Of a stretch of DNA of 45,695 nt, positions 17,330-26,936 are shown piece after piece; the first letter of the stretch is position 1, and the number at the start of each line of letters is the position of its first letter. This DNA is from a virus (taxonomy: Duplodnaviria > Caudoviricetes). Below the pieces are notes generated by a model. The model saw only the letters and a program-made list of their open reading frames with translations, ran no database searches and had not been told where the DNA came from. The DNA lies in the IMG/VR virus record IMGVR_UViG_3300037515_000119, positions 1 to 45,695 of that record, one strand, 5' to 3'. The translations under genes and the position numbers were made by a program.

Positions 17330-18935
17330 CAAGACGATGGCCGTTGTGCCGTCGTGGGTTGAAGCGCACTGTGTCATCCCTGATGGGTTCCGCAAGGGCG
17401 ACCAGTTCCGCCTCTACGACTTCCAGCTTGAGTATTTCGCCCGTTTCTACCTAGTTCGGGGCGACGTCGAGTACGACGCGGTGAACCCGATTCTCGCGCC
17501 GGCGTTCGTGTTTCGTCGTGGGATGCTGGTCGGTCCGCAGAAGTTGGGGAAGGGTCCGCACACGGCTGCGCATATCTGCGCTGAGGGTGTCGGTCCGGTC
17601 CTGTTCTTCGGGTGGGCTGGACGCGATGACGGGTTCGCATGTTCGGATTGGGGTTGCGGCTGCGGATGGGAGCATCCATACGACCCCGGCGAGCCAATGG
17701 GGATGCCTTGGCCGACCCCACTGATCCAGATCACGGCGTTCTCTGAGGAGCAAACCGACAACATTTACGACGCGTTGCGTCCGATGATCCGCGAGGGCCC
17801 GCTGGCCGACGTTATTCCGAAGACGGGTGAGGAGTTCATTCGTCTTCCGGGTGGCGGCCGGATCGACACCGTGACCTCAAGCGCCCAGTCCCGTCTCGGT
17901 CAGAGGGTCACATTCGTTCCTCAAGACGAAGTGGGGATTTGGACGAAGTCCAACAAAATGGACAAGGTCGCGGACACCCAATATCGCGGGCTCGCCGGCA
18001 TGGGCGGGCGGGCGTCGTTGACGACGAACGCTTGGGACCCTTCGGAGCAATCCGTCGCTCAGGTCCAGTACGAGTCGCTGGCGAAGGACGTTTACTGCCA
18101 GTTCGTACAGCCGCCTTCCCGGCTGTCGTATACGAACAAGCGGGAGCGGGCGCAGATTCATCGGGCCGTGTATCCGCCGGATGTGCGCCGCGAGAACGGC
18201 GGGCATGTGGATCTCGACGCCATCGAGAACGAAGCCGTGGATCTGATGGTCCGCGACACCCCGCAGGCGAAGCGGTTCTTCGGAAACATCCTCACAGTCG
18301 GCTATGGCGCGGCTGTCGAGCCTGATAGGTGGCAGGAACTCTACGCCCCGAGGACTGTTCTGCCTGGTACGCCGATCGGTGTCGGGTTTGACGGGTCCAT
18401 TTCGGATGATGCGACGGTGATGCGTGCTTGTACGCAGGACGGGTATTCGTGGACGATCCATGCTCAGGTTCGGCCGCAGGGTGTGAAGGATTGGCGGGTG
18501 AACCGTCAGGCAGTGCATGAGGCGTTGGCGGAAACGTTCGAGCGGTACACGGTGGGCCGGGTGTTCGCTGATCCTCCGAAGTGGTGGTCGGAGTTGGAGC
18601 AGTGGGCGGAGATTTACGGGGAAGAGATCGTGTTGGCGTTTGACACGAACCAGGACCGTCGGATGGCCCCTGCGGTTGACAGGTGGCTAACAGCTATCGC
18701 GTTGGGCACGCACACGCATGACGGCGATCCGGTCGTGACTTCGCATGTGTTGGCGGCGCAGAAGAAGAAGGCCCGTGCGAAGGACCCTGAGGATGACATG
18801 CGCACCTTGTATGTGCTGTCGAAGCCGGGGGATGGTCGGAAGATTGATGGTGCGGTGGCGGATGTGTTGGCGTTGCAGGCGGCGGAGACGATGGAGATTG
18901 AGGCGGAGGTCGATGTGCAAGTGATGTTCGTATGA
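17319..18935 (+). CDS. terL: Terminase large subunit
   Basis: Variant Walker A GPQKLGKG, QDE Walker B, GFDGS nuclease motif, KIDGAVA. Confidence 0.93.
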   Translation: MAHDKTMAVVPSWVEAHCVIPDGFRKGDQFRLYDFQLEYFARFYLVRGDVEYDAVNPILAPAFVFRRGMLVGPQKLGKGPHTAAHICAEGVGPVLFFGWAGRDDGFACSDWGCGCGWEHPYDPGEPMGMPWPTPLIQITAFSEEQTDNIYDALRPMIREGPLADVIPKTGEEFIRLPGGGRIDTVTSSAQSRLGQRVTFVPQDEVGIWTKSNKMDKVADTQYRGLAGMGGRASLTTNAWDPSEQSVAQVQYESLAKDVYCQFVQPPSRLSYTNKRERAQIHRAVYPPDVRRENGGHVDLDAIENEAVDLMVRDTPQAKRFFGNILTVGYGAAVEPDRWQELYAPRTVLPGTPIGVGFDGSISDDATVMRACTQDGYSWTIHAQVRPQGVKDWRVNRQAVHEALAETFERYTVGRVFADPPKWWSELEQWAEIYGEEIVLAFDTNQDRRMAPAVDRWLTAIALGTHTHDGDPVVTSHVLAAQKKKARAKDPEDDMRTLYVLSKPGDGRKIDGAVADVLALQAAETMEIEAEVDVQVMFV

Positions 18936-19138
18936 CGACACAAGACGACCGGATCGAACTTCTGTTGGCTCTTGTCCTTCGGGAGTTGCGATTGCAGCGG
19001 ATGGGCGAGTTGGAGCATCGCCGCAACGATGGTCGGTTTAGCGACTATGCGATTGGTGGGCTTCTGCTCGGGATTTTCGACGCCCACGAGATACCGGTGA
19101 CTGAACCGGAAGATCGCGCACCGCGGCTCACGGCGTGA
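18932..19138 (+). CDS. Hypothetical protein
   Basis: ATGA overlap with TerL. Confidence 0.55.
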   Translation: MTTQDDRIELLLALVLRELRLQRMGELEHRRNDGRFSDYAIGGLLLGIFDAHEIPVTEPEDRAPRLTA

Positions 19139-19272
19139 TTGCTGTCCTCGTCACGATTCTCGGTTGTGTCCTAATCGTGGCCGGCGCTGCTCTGGTGTCT
19201 GTCCCTGCGGTGGTGGTGGCTGTGGGTGTTCTGTTGTTGTTGGCGGGTCTGTTGTTCGACTTCGAGGACTAG
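19135..19272 (+). CDS. Small two-TM membrane protein
   Basis: Manual translation MIAVLVTILGCVLIVAGAALVSVPAVVVAVGVLLLLAGLLFDFED. Confidence 0.7.
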   Translation: MIAVLVTILGCVLIVAGAALVSVPAVVVAVGVLLLLAGLLFDFED

Positions 19273-19766
19273 GCGGGGACGAAAGCGAACTCTGTTGTCG
19301 TAAACCCCTCGAACCGGCGGTCCTGGCGAATCGGTAGGAATGTCCCCGATACGTCATCCATCGCCCCCCCATGCTCAGAGAAGGGCACATCACCCGTGAT
19401 TGTGACCGTGATTTTGCGGTTCGTCACGACATGCTCGATCCACCCAGGGGGCCGTAGTCCTGGCCTGGTTGTTTCGCGGCATTGCAGGCATTCGTAGTGT
19501 GACTCATCGACCGCCCAGTGCGGATCGTGTGACATCCATCCCTCGTTGCCCTCACACCAGTGCTGACGGTCGACGACGAAGTTGAGAGTGGGGTACCCCG
19601 AGTCGTAATAGTGCTCGTGGCCCCGTGTGTCAGTGGCCCGCCATGTCGGGTCGGACGTTGGGTGCCACGAACTAACGGGCATGGTATCGGCGGTGTATTT
19701 GACCATGTCCGCGGTGAACTCCTTGTCACCGATACGGACCGTCGGCCCCTGTTGTTGGGTTGCCAT
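19269..19766 (-). CDS. Counter-oriented hypothetical protein (moron-like)
   Basis: GGAGG SD; fills the TerL-portal gap; His/Cys motifs. Confidence 0.7.
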   Translation of the reverse strand: MATQQQGPTVRIGDKEFTADMVKYTADTMPVSSWHPTSDPTWRATDTRGHEHYYDSGYPTLNFVVDRQHWCEGNEGWMSHDPHWAVDESHYECLQCRETTRPGLRPPGWIEHVVTNRKITVTITGDVPFSEHGGAMDDVSGTFLPIRQDRRFEGFTTTEFAFVPA

Positions 19767-19876
19767 GCTGCACCTCCCGAGTGCTTTCCCGTTGATAGTC
19801 GGGGGCGGTCCGGTGGGATGCCGGATGTTCGGACCGTCGTCCTAGCCCTCTCGCCAGTATACCTCCGAGGAGTGAC

Positions 19877-21184
19877 ATGAACCTGCTCACCCGTCTCGCC
19901 TCGCGCGTCCCCGTGGAGGAACGCCAGGGCCTCGTCCAGATCCTTCCCACCTGGGCGAACATGACTGAGCGGAAAATGGGGAACGCCCGCAACGCCTACA
20001 CGATCTCCTCGACGGTGCATTCGGCGATCAACGCACGGCAGAGAGTGTTCTCAGAGGTGCGTTTCGCCCTCCGCAGCCTGGATAACGGGGATTTGACGAA
20101 GAACCACGGCTCTCTCCGCCTGTTGGAACGTCCCTGGCCGGGAGGTACCGGTACCGAACTGTTGAAGCGGATGGAGTTGGACGCGTCACTGTCCGGTACG
20201 GCGTTCGTATACAAGCCGTCCCCGTCACGGCTCCAACCCCTCGACCCGGTGAAAATCGAGGTGGTAACCGACGGATTCGAGCTCGACGGCTTCCGATACT
20301 GGCCGAACGGCATCGGATCAGGCAGTCCGGTTCCGATCATGCGGGAAGAGATGGCTATGTGGGCACCTCTCCCCCATCCGGACCGCCAGTTCCTCGGAGC
20401 CTCCTGGGTGGAGGTGGTCGCCACCGAACTTCGCACTGAAGTCAAGATGCAGCGCCACCAGGAGAAGTTCTTCGACAACGCCGCCACTCCGAACATGTAC
20501 GTCAAGGTGAAGGGCACGATGAAGGAGGAGTCGAGGGTTCGGCTCCGTGAAGAGCTGGAACGGCGCTATTCGGGCGTTGCGAACGCCTGGAAGACCCTTG
20601 TGATGGACAACGACGCTTCGATCGAGCGTGTCGGGAACTCGTTCGCCGAAATGGACTACGTCAACGTCATCAAGTCCACCGAAGGCCGCATCGCGTCCGC
20701 GGCGGGGACACCACCCATCATTATCGGGGCCAAAGCTGGCCTCGACGCTTCCACCTACTCGAACTACAACATGGCGATGCGAGCCTTCGCAGACCACCTG
20801 ATCCGCCCGAACTGGAACAGTGTGGTCGCCGCTTTGGAGCCGATCACCAACATTCCGCGGGGAACAGAGCTCTGGTTCGACGATTCGGACGTGGCGGCGC
20901 TCAGGGCGGACAAGAAAGAAGAAGCCAGCATCCAGCAGACGGTGGCTTCGACGATCCGCACTTACCTGGACGCCGGCTTCGATCCGGACATCGCGGTGCA
21001 GGCAGCGACGAATCATGATCCTTCGCTGCTGGTTGGGAAGCATTCCGGCCTGTTCTCAGTCCAGTTGCAGCCTCCCGGCACCACTAACCCCGACGATTCG
21101 GTTGCTGTCCCCGCCCGTGCGGCGGCCGCGCTGATCGCCCGCGGTTGGGTCGTCGTGGAAGACGTTCCGGCCCTGTCCGCGTGA
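19877..21184 (+). CDS. Portal protein (HK97-like)
   Basis: KFFDNAATP, YSGVANAWKTLV, IASAAGTPP, TYSN motifs; synteny. Confidence 0.92.
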   Translation: MNLLTRLASRVPVEERQGLVQILPTWANMTERKMGNARNAYTISSTVHSAINARQRVFSEVRFALRSLDNGDLTKNHGSLRLLERPWPGGTGTELLKRMELDASLSGTAFVYKPSPSRLQPLDPVKIEVVTDGFELDGFRYWPNGIGSGSPVPIMREEMAMWAPLPHPDRQFLGASWVEVVATELRTEVKMQRHQEKFFDNAATPNMYVKVKGTMKEESRVRLREELERRYSGVANAWKTLVMDNDASIERVGNSFAEMDYVNVIKSTEGRIASAAGTPPIIIGAKAGLDASTYSNYNMAMRAFADHLIRPNWNSVVAALEPITNIPRGTELWFDDSDVAALRADKKEEASIQQTVASTIRTYLDAGFDPDIAVQAATNHDPSLLVGKHSGLFSVQLQPPGTTNPDDSVAVPARAAAALIARGWVVVEDVPALSA

Positions 21185-21195
21185 GGGAGGCAACG

Positions 21196-21372
21196 ATGAG
21201 CGCACTGTGCGACGGTCCGATGGAGTGGGTCGACCCCGACGATGCATACGATCCGTCGGTCGTGTGCCACGTGTGCGGCGGTCGGTTCGTTTCCATGCTC
21301 CCCATGTACTGCTTCACGGCTCCTGACTTTGTGCGTCCGCCGAAGCCGCCTGTCGCCTCCCGCCCCCACTAG
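21196..21372 (+). CDS. Small hypothetical protein
   Basis: GGAGG SD; CHVC. Confidence 0.5.
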   Translation: MSALCDGPMEWVDPDDAYDPSVVCHVCGGRFVSMLPMYCFTAPDFVRPPKPPVASRPH

Positions 21373-21398
21373 CCCCGCCCGACCCCCTGGAGTTTCTG

Positions 21399-22193
21399 AT
21401 GAGTGACTCGCCCGCGCCCGAATACCACCCGCGCGACGACCTGATCCGCATGGTGGACCTTCCCGCCTCCCAAATCGAGTTCCGTGCCGACGACGGCCCC
21501 ACTTTGGGCACGCTCACCGGCTACATGGCCGTATTCAACGAATGGGCCGAGATCCATTCATGGGAGGGCCGCTTCCGGGAGCGTATCGCGCCGGGAGCGT
21601 TCAAGAAGACACTCTCCGAGTTCGGCGACCGGGTGAAGATCCTCTTCAATCACGGCTTCGACCCGTCGGTCGGTGACAAGCCCCTCGGCAAGCCCCGCAC
21701 CCTGAAAGAGGACAAGCGGGGCCTGTACGTCGAAGTACCCCTCGACGACACCTCCTACAACCGGGATCTGGTGGCTTCGCTCCGTTCCGGGGCCCTCGAC
21801 GGGATGTCCTTCCGGTTTTCCGTCGCCCGCGAAGAGTGGGAGAAGGAAGACGAAGACCTGCCCGAAAGGACCATCAAAGAGATCGCCCGTCTTTTCGAGG
21901 GCGGCCCGGTCACCTTCCCGGCATATGAGGCCACCACCGCAGGAGTGCGCGCCCGGGACGCCTATCAGGCGTGGCGCACAGTCCACACCACACCTTCCCC
22001 GCAAGGGGACGACACCGAAGACGCCGCCCCTGAGGGCACCTCTGAGGAGTCATCCGACACGCCGCCCGTAGAGGCACCTGTCGAGACAAACGCCGCGGCC
22101 GAAAAGGTCGCAGAGCGTCACCGCAAAGCCGAACGCATCCGCGCCAAGAAAGAGCGCGTCTTCACAGCGATCGGCCTCGACACAGAGGAGTAG
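21399..22193 (+). CDS. HK97-family prohead protease
   Basis: ERIAPGAF, LFNHG, GMSFRF, PVTFPAY. Confidence 0.95.
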   Translation: MSDSPAPEYHPRDDLIRMVDLPASQIEFRADDGPTLGTLTGYMAVFNEWAEIHSWEGRFRERIAPGAFKKTLSEFGDRVKILFNHGFDPSVGDKPLGKPRTLKEDKRGLYVEVPLDDTSYNRDLVASLRSGALDGMSFRFSVAREEWEKEDEDLPERTIKEIARLFEGGPVTFPAYEATTAGVRARDAYQAWRTVHTTPSPQGDDTEDAAPEGTSEESSDTPPVEAPVETNAAAEKVAERHRKAERIRAKKERVFTAIGLDTEE

Positions 22194-22196
22194 CTC

Positions 22197-23660
22197 ATGG
22201 CTGAGCTCACGGACCTCCCGGACATCTCCGAGATGTCACATCGGGCGGTCCTCAACCAGATCAAGGACGTCGGCGACGAAATCGAGCGTGTCGCCAACAA
22301 GTCCGAACTTCACGAAGAGGACGAGCAGTACCTCAACAAGCTCGAAGCGCATTTCGAAGCGCTGAACGAGAAGCGGAAGGCTCAGGAACGTGAGGCCCTC
22401 GTGTCTCGTGTTTCGGCTGTCACCGGCAAGCCGACCAAGGTCACACCCGGCCATCCGGGCAAGGACCTGGACGACGACCCGTTCGGCGAACCCGGCTCCG
22501 TCGAAGACGCCAAGCGGTTCTCGAATCCGTGGAACGTCGACGAGATGCGTCGGATCGGTACCAAGTCGGAGATTGCCGGCGAATACCGGGCTCGTGCGTT
22601 CTCTGCCATCGAGCAGATGCGCGGCACGAACGACAAGCGTCGGGAAGCGATGACACAGATCATCGAACGTCACGACACTGAGGACGGGAAGCTGTCCAAG
22701 CAGCTGCTCGACACGTCGTCACCGGACTACATGCGTGCGTTCAACAAGCTGGCACGTGGCAAGGGCCACGCTCTCAGCCCGTCTGAACAGCGTGCCATGT
22801 CCCTCACCGACACCAGTGGTGGCTATCTGGTCCCGTTCCAGCTCGATCCGACCGTGATCATCACGTCGGACGGCACCTACAACGAGATCCGCAAGATCGC
22901 CCGGCGTGTCGTCGCAACCGGCGACAGGTGGAACGGCGTGTCTTCTGGTGCAGTCACCTGGGGTGTCCGCACCGAAGCGTCCGAAGAGGGTGACGACTCG
23001 ACTACGTTCGCGCAGCCGTTCATCGACATCCATTCGGTGTCCGGGTTCGTGCCGATTTCGTTCGAGGCCTTGCAGGATGAGCAGAACGTCGCCCAAGAGG
23101 TCGGCCGTCTGCTCTCGTTCGGCAAGGAGGACTACGAAGCGACAGCGTTCGCTACCGGGTCCGGTACCGGCCCTCAGGGGATTGTCACCGCACTGGTGGC
23201 GTCGTCCCCGTCGGTGGTCGTGTCTGCTGTCACGAACAACGCGTTCGTAGCAGAAGACGTGTACGCCCTCGACGAAGACCTGCCCGCCCGATACCGGTTC
23301 CGAGCCTCCTGGCTCGCGCACCGTGCGGTCTACAACGACATCCGCCAGTTCGACACCTCCGGTGGAGGTGCCTTGTGGGAGCGGCTCGGCGCAGACGTGC
23401 CACCGCTGCTTCTCGGCAAACGCGCCTATGAGAGCGAAGCGATGGACGGGGCCTTGGCCACCGCCGACGACTACGCCCTCATCTTCGGCGATTTCGACAA
23501 CTATGTCATTGCGGATCGTATAGGAACAACCGTTGAATTTATTCCTCACTTGTTCCATGCGGACAACAATCGTCCGTCGGGGCAGCGTGGCTGGTTCGCC
23601 TACTACCGGGTAGGGGCCGACTCCGTAAATGATGGTGCCTTTAGGCTTCTGAAGGTCTGA
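22197..23660 (+). CDS. Major capsid protein (HK97 fold, N-terminal delta domain)
   Basis: GGYLVP, GSGTGPQGI, LLGK, IFGDFDNY, AFRLLKV. Confidence 0.95.
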   Translation: MAELTDLPDISEMSHRAVLNQIKDVGDEIERVANKSELHEEDEQYLNKLEAHFEALNEKRKAQEREALVSRVSAVTGKPTKVTPGHPGKDLDDDPFGEPGSVEDAKRFSNPWNVDEMRRIGTKSEIAGEYRARAFSAIEQMRGTNDKRREAMTQIIERHDTEDGKLSKQLLDTSSPDYMRAFNKLARGKGHALSPSEQRAMSLTDTSGGYLVPFQLDPTVIITSDGTYNEIRKIARRVVATGDRWNGVSSGAVTWGVRTEASEEGDDSTTFAQPFIDIHSVSGFVPISFEALQDEQNVAQEVGRLLSFGKEDYEATAFATGSGTGPQGIVTALVASSPSVVVSAVTNNAFVAEDVYALDEDLPARYRFRASWLAHRAVYNDIRQFDTSGGGALWERLGADVPPLLLGKRAYESEAMDGALATADDYALIFGDFDNYVIADRIGTTVEFIPHLFHADNNRPSGQRGWFAYYRVGADSVNDGAFRLLKV

Positions 23661-23722
23661 TAACCCAGGTCACTTAGGAGGGGGGCTTTGGTTCCCCTCC
23701 GGTGACTCCGAAAGGAGTTTGT

Positions 23723-24196
23723 ATGGCGAAATATGCGCCACCTGGGAAGTCTGAGGTTGCGTTCACGGAAACGGTGTCGGATTACACGTCCATCACTGCC
23801 GCCGAAGCGAACGGTGGAACCGATCTCACAACGTTCATTCGGACGTTGCCGGACATCCCCAGGACGGGCAATGTCGTGGACGTGGCGACTCTCGATTCTA
23901 AGTTCGAGAAGCGCCAAGTGGGGACTCGCGGAGGGGATATCCTTTCGATGGAGATCCTCCGAGACGACACCACAGACACGGCCTATACCACACTGGTGGA
24001 GGACACAGCCGGATATCTCATCGTGGCACGTAAGGGTCTCGCGACTGCGGGCACCTACAGTACGTCCGATGTGGTCGATGTGTTTCCAGTTACCGTTTTG
24101 TCGGTTGCGGACGGCTCGCCGGGCCGCAATGATCCCGATTTCTCGGTAGTTCAAATGGTCGTCACTGACGACCCCGACAGGAATCAGACCATCTGA
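23723..24196 (+). CDS. Major tail (tail tube) protein, displaced
   Basis: Resembles actinophage tail-tube pattern (TAAE.N.G.DLT, L.SKFE....G, GYLIVAR, VDVFPV); no other tube candidate before the chaperone. Confidence 0.75.
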   Translation: MAKYAPPGKSEVAFTETVSDYTSITAAEANGGTDLTTFIRTLPDIPRTGNVVDVATLDSKFEKRQVGTRGGDILSMEILRDDTTDTAYTTLVEDTAGYLIVARKGLATAGTYSTSDVVDVFPVTVLSVADGSPGRNDPDFSVVQMVVTDDPDRNQTI

Positions 24197-24222
24197 TTCC
24201 AATGGTATTGGGGGGACCGGGC

Positions 24223-24310
24223 TGCTATGCTTGGTCCCCTCAGTACGAAGCGATCCCCGCGACGTGTGACCGTCCGGGGATCTGGCCGAAACCTTGTAAG
24301 GAGGTTCGAC
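24223..24310 (+). promoter_or_regulatory. Extended -10 promoter and structured leader of the HNH gene
   Basis: TGcTATGCT; hairpin GATCCCCG/CGGGGATC; CGAAACCT/AGGTTCG pairing over SD AAGGAGG. Confidence 0.6.
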
Positions 24311-24931
24311 ATGTCACAGAGTAGCAAGACCTGCAAGCACCCCGACGGATGTCCTAAGCCAATAGTGGCTCGCGGGTGGTGTTCCATGCACTACTACCGC
24401 TGGCAGCGGCGAGGTGATATCGGCGGAGCCGCATCCGAACGGACGCCCGCCACGGAATGTCGGGTCGAGGGTTGCAGCAATACGTCGGTGACGGCGACCA
24501 AGATTTGTCGCACTCACTCGAACAGAAAGCGCCTGTACGGCACAGAGGCCGGGACGTTCAAGACGCACATTGATTGTGTTGTCTGTGGGTCCCCAGCCGT
24601 GGCGTCTCCGCGGTCGTCCGGACACTGTCGGCGTCATTTGATCCGGTTTGTGAAGGCCGAGGCCGCGGCGGGCCGAGTGGCGACGACAACTGACGGGAAG
24701 TACGAGTATGTGTCGATATTCAAGCGGCGCTACCTGATGCATCGGTTGGTCATGGAAGAAACGCTCGGTCGCCCCCTCCGCGACTTTGAGAACGTCCACC
24801 ACATCAACGGGATAAAGACGGACAACCGGCCCGAGAACCTGGAGCTCTGGATCAAGCCACAACCGGGCGGTCAGCGAGTGAGTGATCTCGTTGAGTGGGT
24901 TGTCGACACGTATCCCGAGTTGATCCGCTAG
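24311..24931 (+). CDS. HNH homing endonuclease-like protein
   Basis: HRLVME..LGRPL...[21 protein letters not shown]; N-terminal C-C-C-H repeats. Confidence 0.92.
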   Translation: MSQSSKTCKHPDGCPKPIVARGWCSMHYYRWQRRGDIGGAASERTPATECRVEGCSNTSVTATKICRTHSNRKRLYGTEAGTFKTHIDCVVCGSPAVASPRSSGHCRRHLIRFVKAEAAAGRVATTTDGKYEYVSIFKRRYLMHRLVMEETLGRPLRDFENVHHINGIKTDNRPENLELWIKPQPGGQRVSDLVEWVVDTYPELIR

Positions 24932-24952
24932 ACCCTGAGAGTTCCCAATTCG

Positions 24953-24988
24953 CGAAGCCCCCGATGTCCGGGGGTTTCGTCGCGTCTA
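24953..24988 (+). terminator. Terminator-like hairpin
   Basis: CGAAGCCCCCG-atgtc-CGGGGGTTTCG with weak U-tract. Confidence 0.6.
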
Positions 24989-24998
24989 AGGAGGCGGT

Positions 24999-25307
24999 AT
25001 GGCTACACGGTATGTGGTGAACGCTGACGTTCATCTGGTGGATCGGGAGGGCCGTCGGAGGTTCTTTCAGAGGTCCCGTCGGCGGAATGATGGGACGTTC
25101 GGGTATGCACCTGAGGAGATCACTGGTTTGTCGCGGGATCAGTTGCGGCGGTTCCGGAGGGTGGAGATCAGCGGGATGGTTGAGCAGGCGACGGCGGCAC
25201 CCGGCGAGCTGCGCACCCTGTCTCATGAGTGTGAGGGGTGTGGGCGGGGTTTCAAGTCGGCGGCGGCTTTGGGTTCGCATCGGCGGGTCCACGACGAAGA
25301 GGAGTAG
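24999..25307 (+). CDS. Small head-module protein with C-terminal C2H2 zinc finger
   Basis: VEQATAAPGE motif; CEGCGRGFKSAAALGSHRRVH. Confidence 0.7.
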   Translation: MATRYVVNADVHLVDREGRRRFFQRSRRRNDGTFGYAPEEITGLSRDQLRRFRRVEISGMVEQATAAPGELRTLSHECEGCGRGFKSAAALGSHRRVHDEEE

Positions 25308-25311
25308 GCGC

Positions 25312-26619
25312 TTGTCTAAGGCGGTCAAGGGCGGCGTGGTCATCGCATACCTGTCGGGCGGCGACACGAGAATCGAGTTCACACAGTCGATCGGGGCGGT
25401 AACCGCCTACACCATCCAGAAAGGGATTCCTCTCGTCGGGGCGCTCCCCCACATTTCCGGTCCGAGGATCGCGGCGGGTCGGAACCATCTGGTCGAGTCG
25501 TTTCTTGCGACGCCGGCCGAGTGGATGTTCATGGTCGACGATGACATGCAGTTCGGACGGGACACGATCGAACGGTTCCTACAGGTGGCGGACAAGGTGA
25601 AGGCTCCGATTGTCGGCGGGCTCGCCTTCGGAACGGGACGGGATGGGATTTTCCCGACCATGTTCAGGGTTCACCCCGAGTTGGGTGTGCCGACACGGAT
25701 TGATTCGTGGCCTCTCGGTGAGCTGGTGGAGGTGGATGCGACGGGGGCGGCGTGCCTGTTCATTCACCGGTCGGTGTTCGAGAAGATGGCGGGCGAATAC
25801 AAGAAGCCATGGCAGTGGTTCCAGGAGACCACGTTGAACGGGAACACGGTCGGTGAGGACATGACGTTCTGTCTCCGAGCGAGGTCGTTGGGGTTTCCGA
25901 TCGTGGTGGACACGTCGATCGAGTTCGGCCATGTGAAGACCCGGGTGATCGACCAGGACGAGTATTTCCGCTGGTTGGACACTCACCGGTTCGTGATCAC
26001 CGGCACGGGACGGTCGGGCACCGGGTATCTGGCGACTGCGTTCCGATACATGCGTATCCGCTGCGGGCATGAGGAAATGTTCACTCCTGCCGGGAGACAG
26101 GCGAACCCGTTTATTCGGGGTGATGCGTCGTGGATGGCGGTCCCCTATCTGGACAGGTTCACCGGGTATGTGCTGCATGTGGTGCGGGAGCCGTTGGCGA
26201 CGATCAACTCGTTTCTTGGTATCCATTTCTTCGACGATTCGGAGACGACGGAGGATCGGAAGCCGTATCAGGATTTCTCCCGTGAGCACGCACCGGATGT
26301 GTGGGCGCATGAGACGCCGGTTGAGCGGGCGATGGCCTGGTATGTGGATTGGAACCGTCGCATCGAACCGTACGCTCACATGCGGGTTCGGGTTGAGGAT
26401 GTGACCGGGGATGATCTGCATGACCTTGTGAGGTATTCGGGGGCGTTCCACGCGCCGTGGGAAATCTCGAATCTGTTGGGTCAGGTCCCGACCGACGTGA
26501 ACACACGGCCGCGGGCGGGCCTGTCGTGGGATGACCTTCCGGACGGGGAGTTGAAAGACGATTTGGGGCGGATGGCGAAAGAGTACGGGTACGAGGCGAA
26601 GGCGAAGGTGGCGGCATGA
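25312..26619 (+). CDS. GT-A (GT2-like) glycosyltransferase fused to sulfotransferase-like domain
   Basis: GRN...VDDD...GAACL...GED..FC, then ITGTGRSGTGYL and HVVREPLATINS (5'-PSB and 3'-PB-like motifs). Confidence 0.85.
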   Translation: MSKAVKGGVVIAYLSGGDTRIEFTQSIGAVTAYTIQKGIPLVGALPHISGPRIAAGRNHLVESFLATPAEWMFMVDDDMQFGRDTIERFLQVADKVKAPIVGGLAFGTGRDGIFPTMFRVHPELGVPTRIDSWPLGELVEVDATGAACLFIHRSVFEKMAGEYKKPWQWFQETTLNGNTVGEDMTFCLRARSLGFPIVVDTSIEFGHVKTRVIDQDEYFRWLDTHRFVITGTGRSGTGYLATAFRYMRIRCGHEEMFTPAGRQANPFIRGDASWMAVPYLDRFTGYVLHVVREPLATINSFLGIHFFDDSETTEDRKPYQDFSREHAPDVWAHETPVERAMAWYVDWNRRIEPYAHMRVRVEDVTGDDLHDLVRYSGAFHAPWEISNLLGQVPTDVNTRPRAGLSWDDLPDGELKDDLGRMAKEYGYEAKAKVAA

Positions 26620-26936
26620 CCAAGATCAAGTACATGACTCCGCAGGACTTCCAGGCGGAGGGTTACCTACAAGAAGCCAATCGGCAGTTCTTCCATCCGC
26701 TCGGTCTTGCTTTGAGTGTGGCGTCCGACGAGAAGACTGGTTGCGTCACCCTGAGCGGTATCTGGGACTACCGAGACGACCCTGAGGGGATGTTCTTCGC
26801 CCCGGGCGAACTTGACACCGACGACGCCAGGCAGAAGGCCACGACCGTCGAAACCCAACGCCTCGACCTTCTTGACGAGCGGTTCCGAGTGATGGGTGCG
26901 GCCATACAGCCGCTCGACGGCAAGTTCCGCGAGTGA
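26616..26936 (+). CDS. Hypothetical phage protein
   Basis: GYLQEANRQFFHPLGLAL...WDYRDDPEG; coupled on both sides. Confidence 0.7.
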   Translation: MTKIKYMTPQDFQAEGYLQEANRQFFHPLGLALSVASDEKTGCVTLSGIWDYRDDPEGMFFAPGELDTDDARQKATTVETQRLDLLDERFRVMGAAIQPLDGKFRE

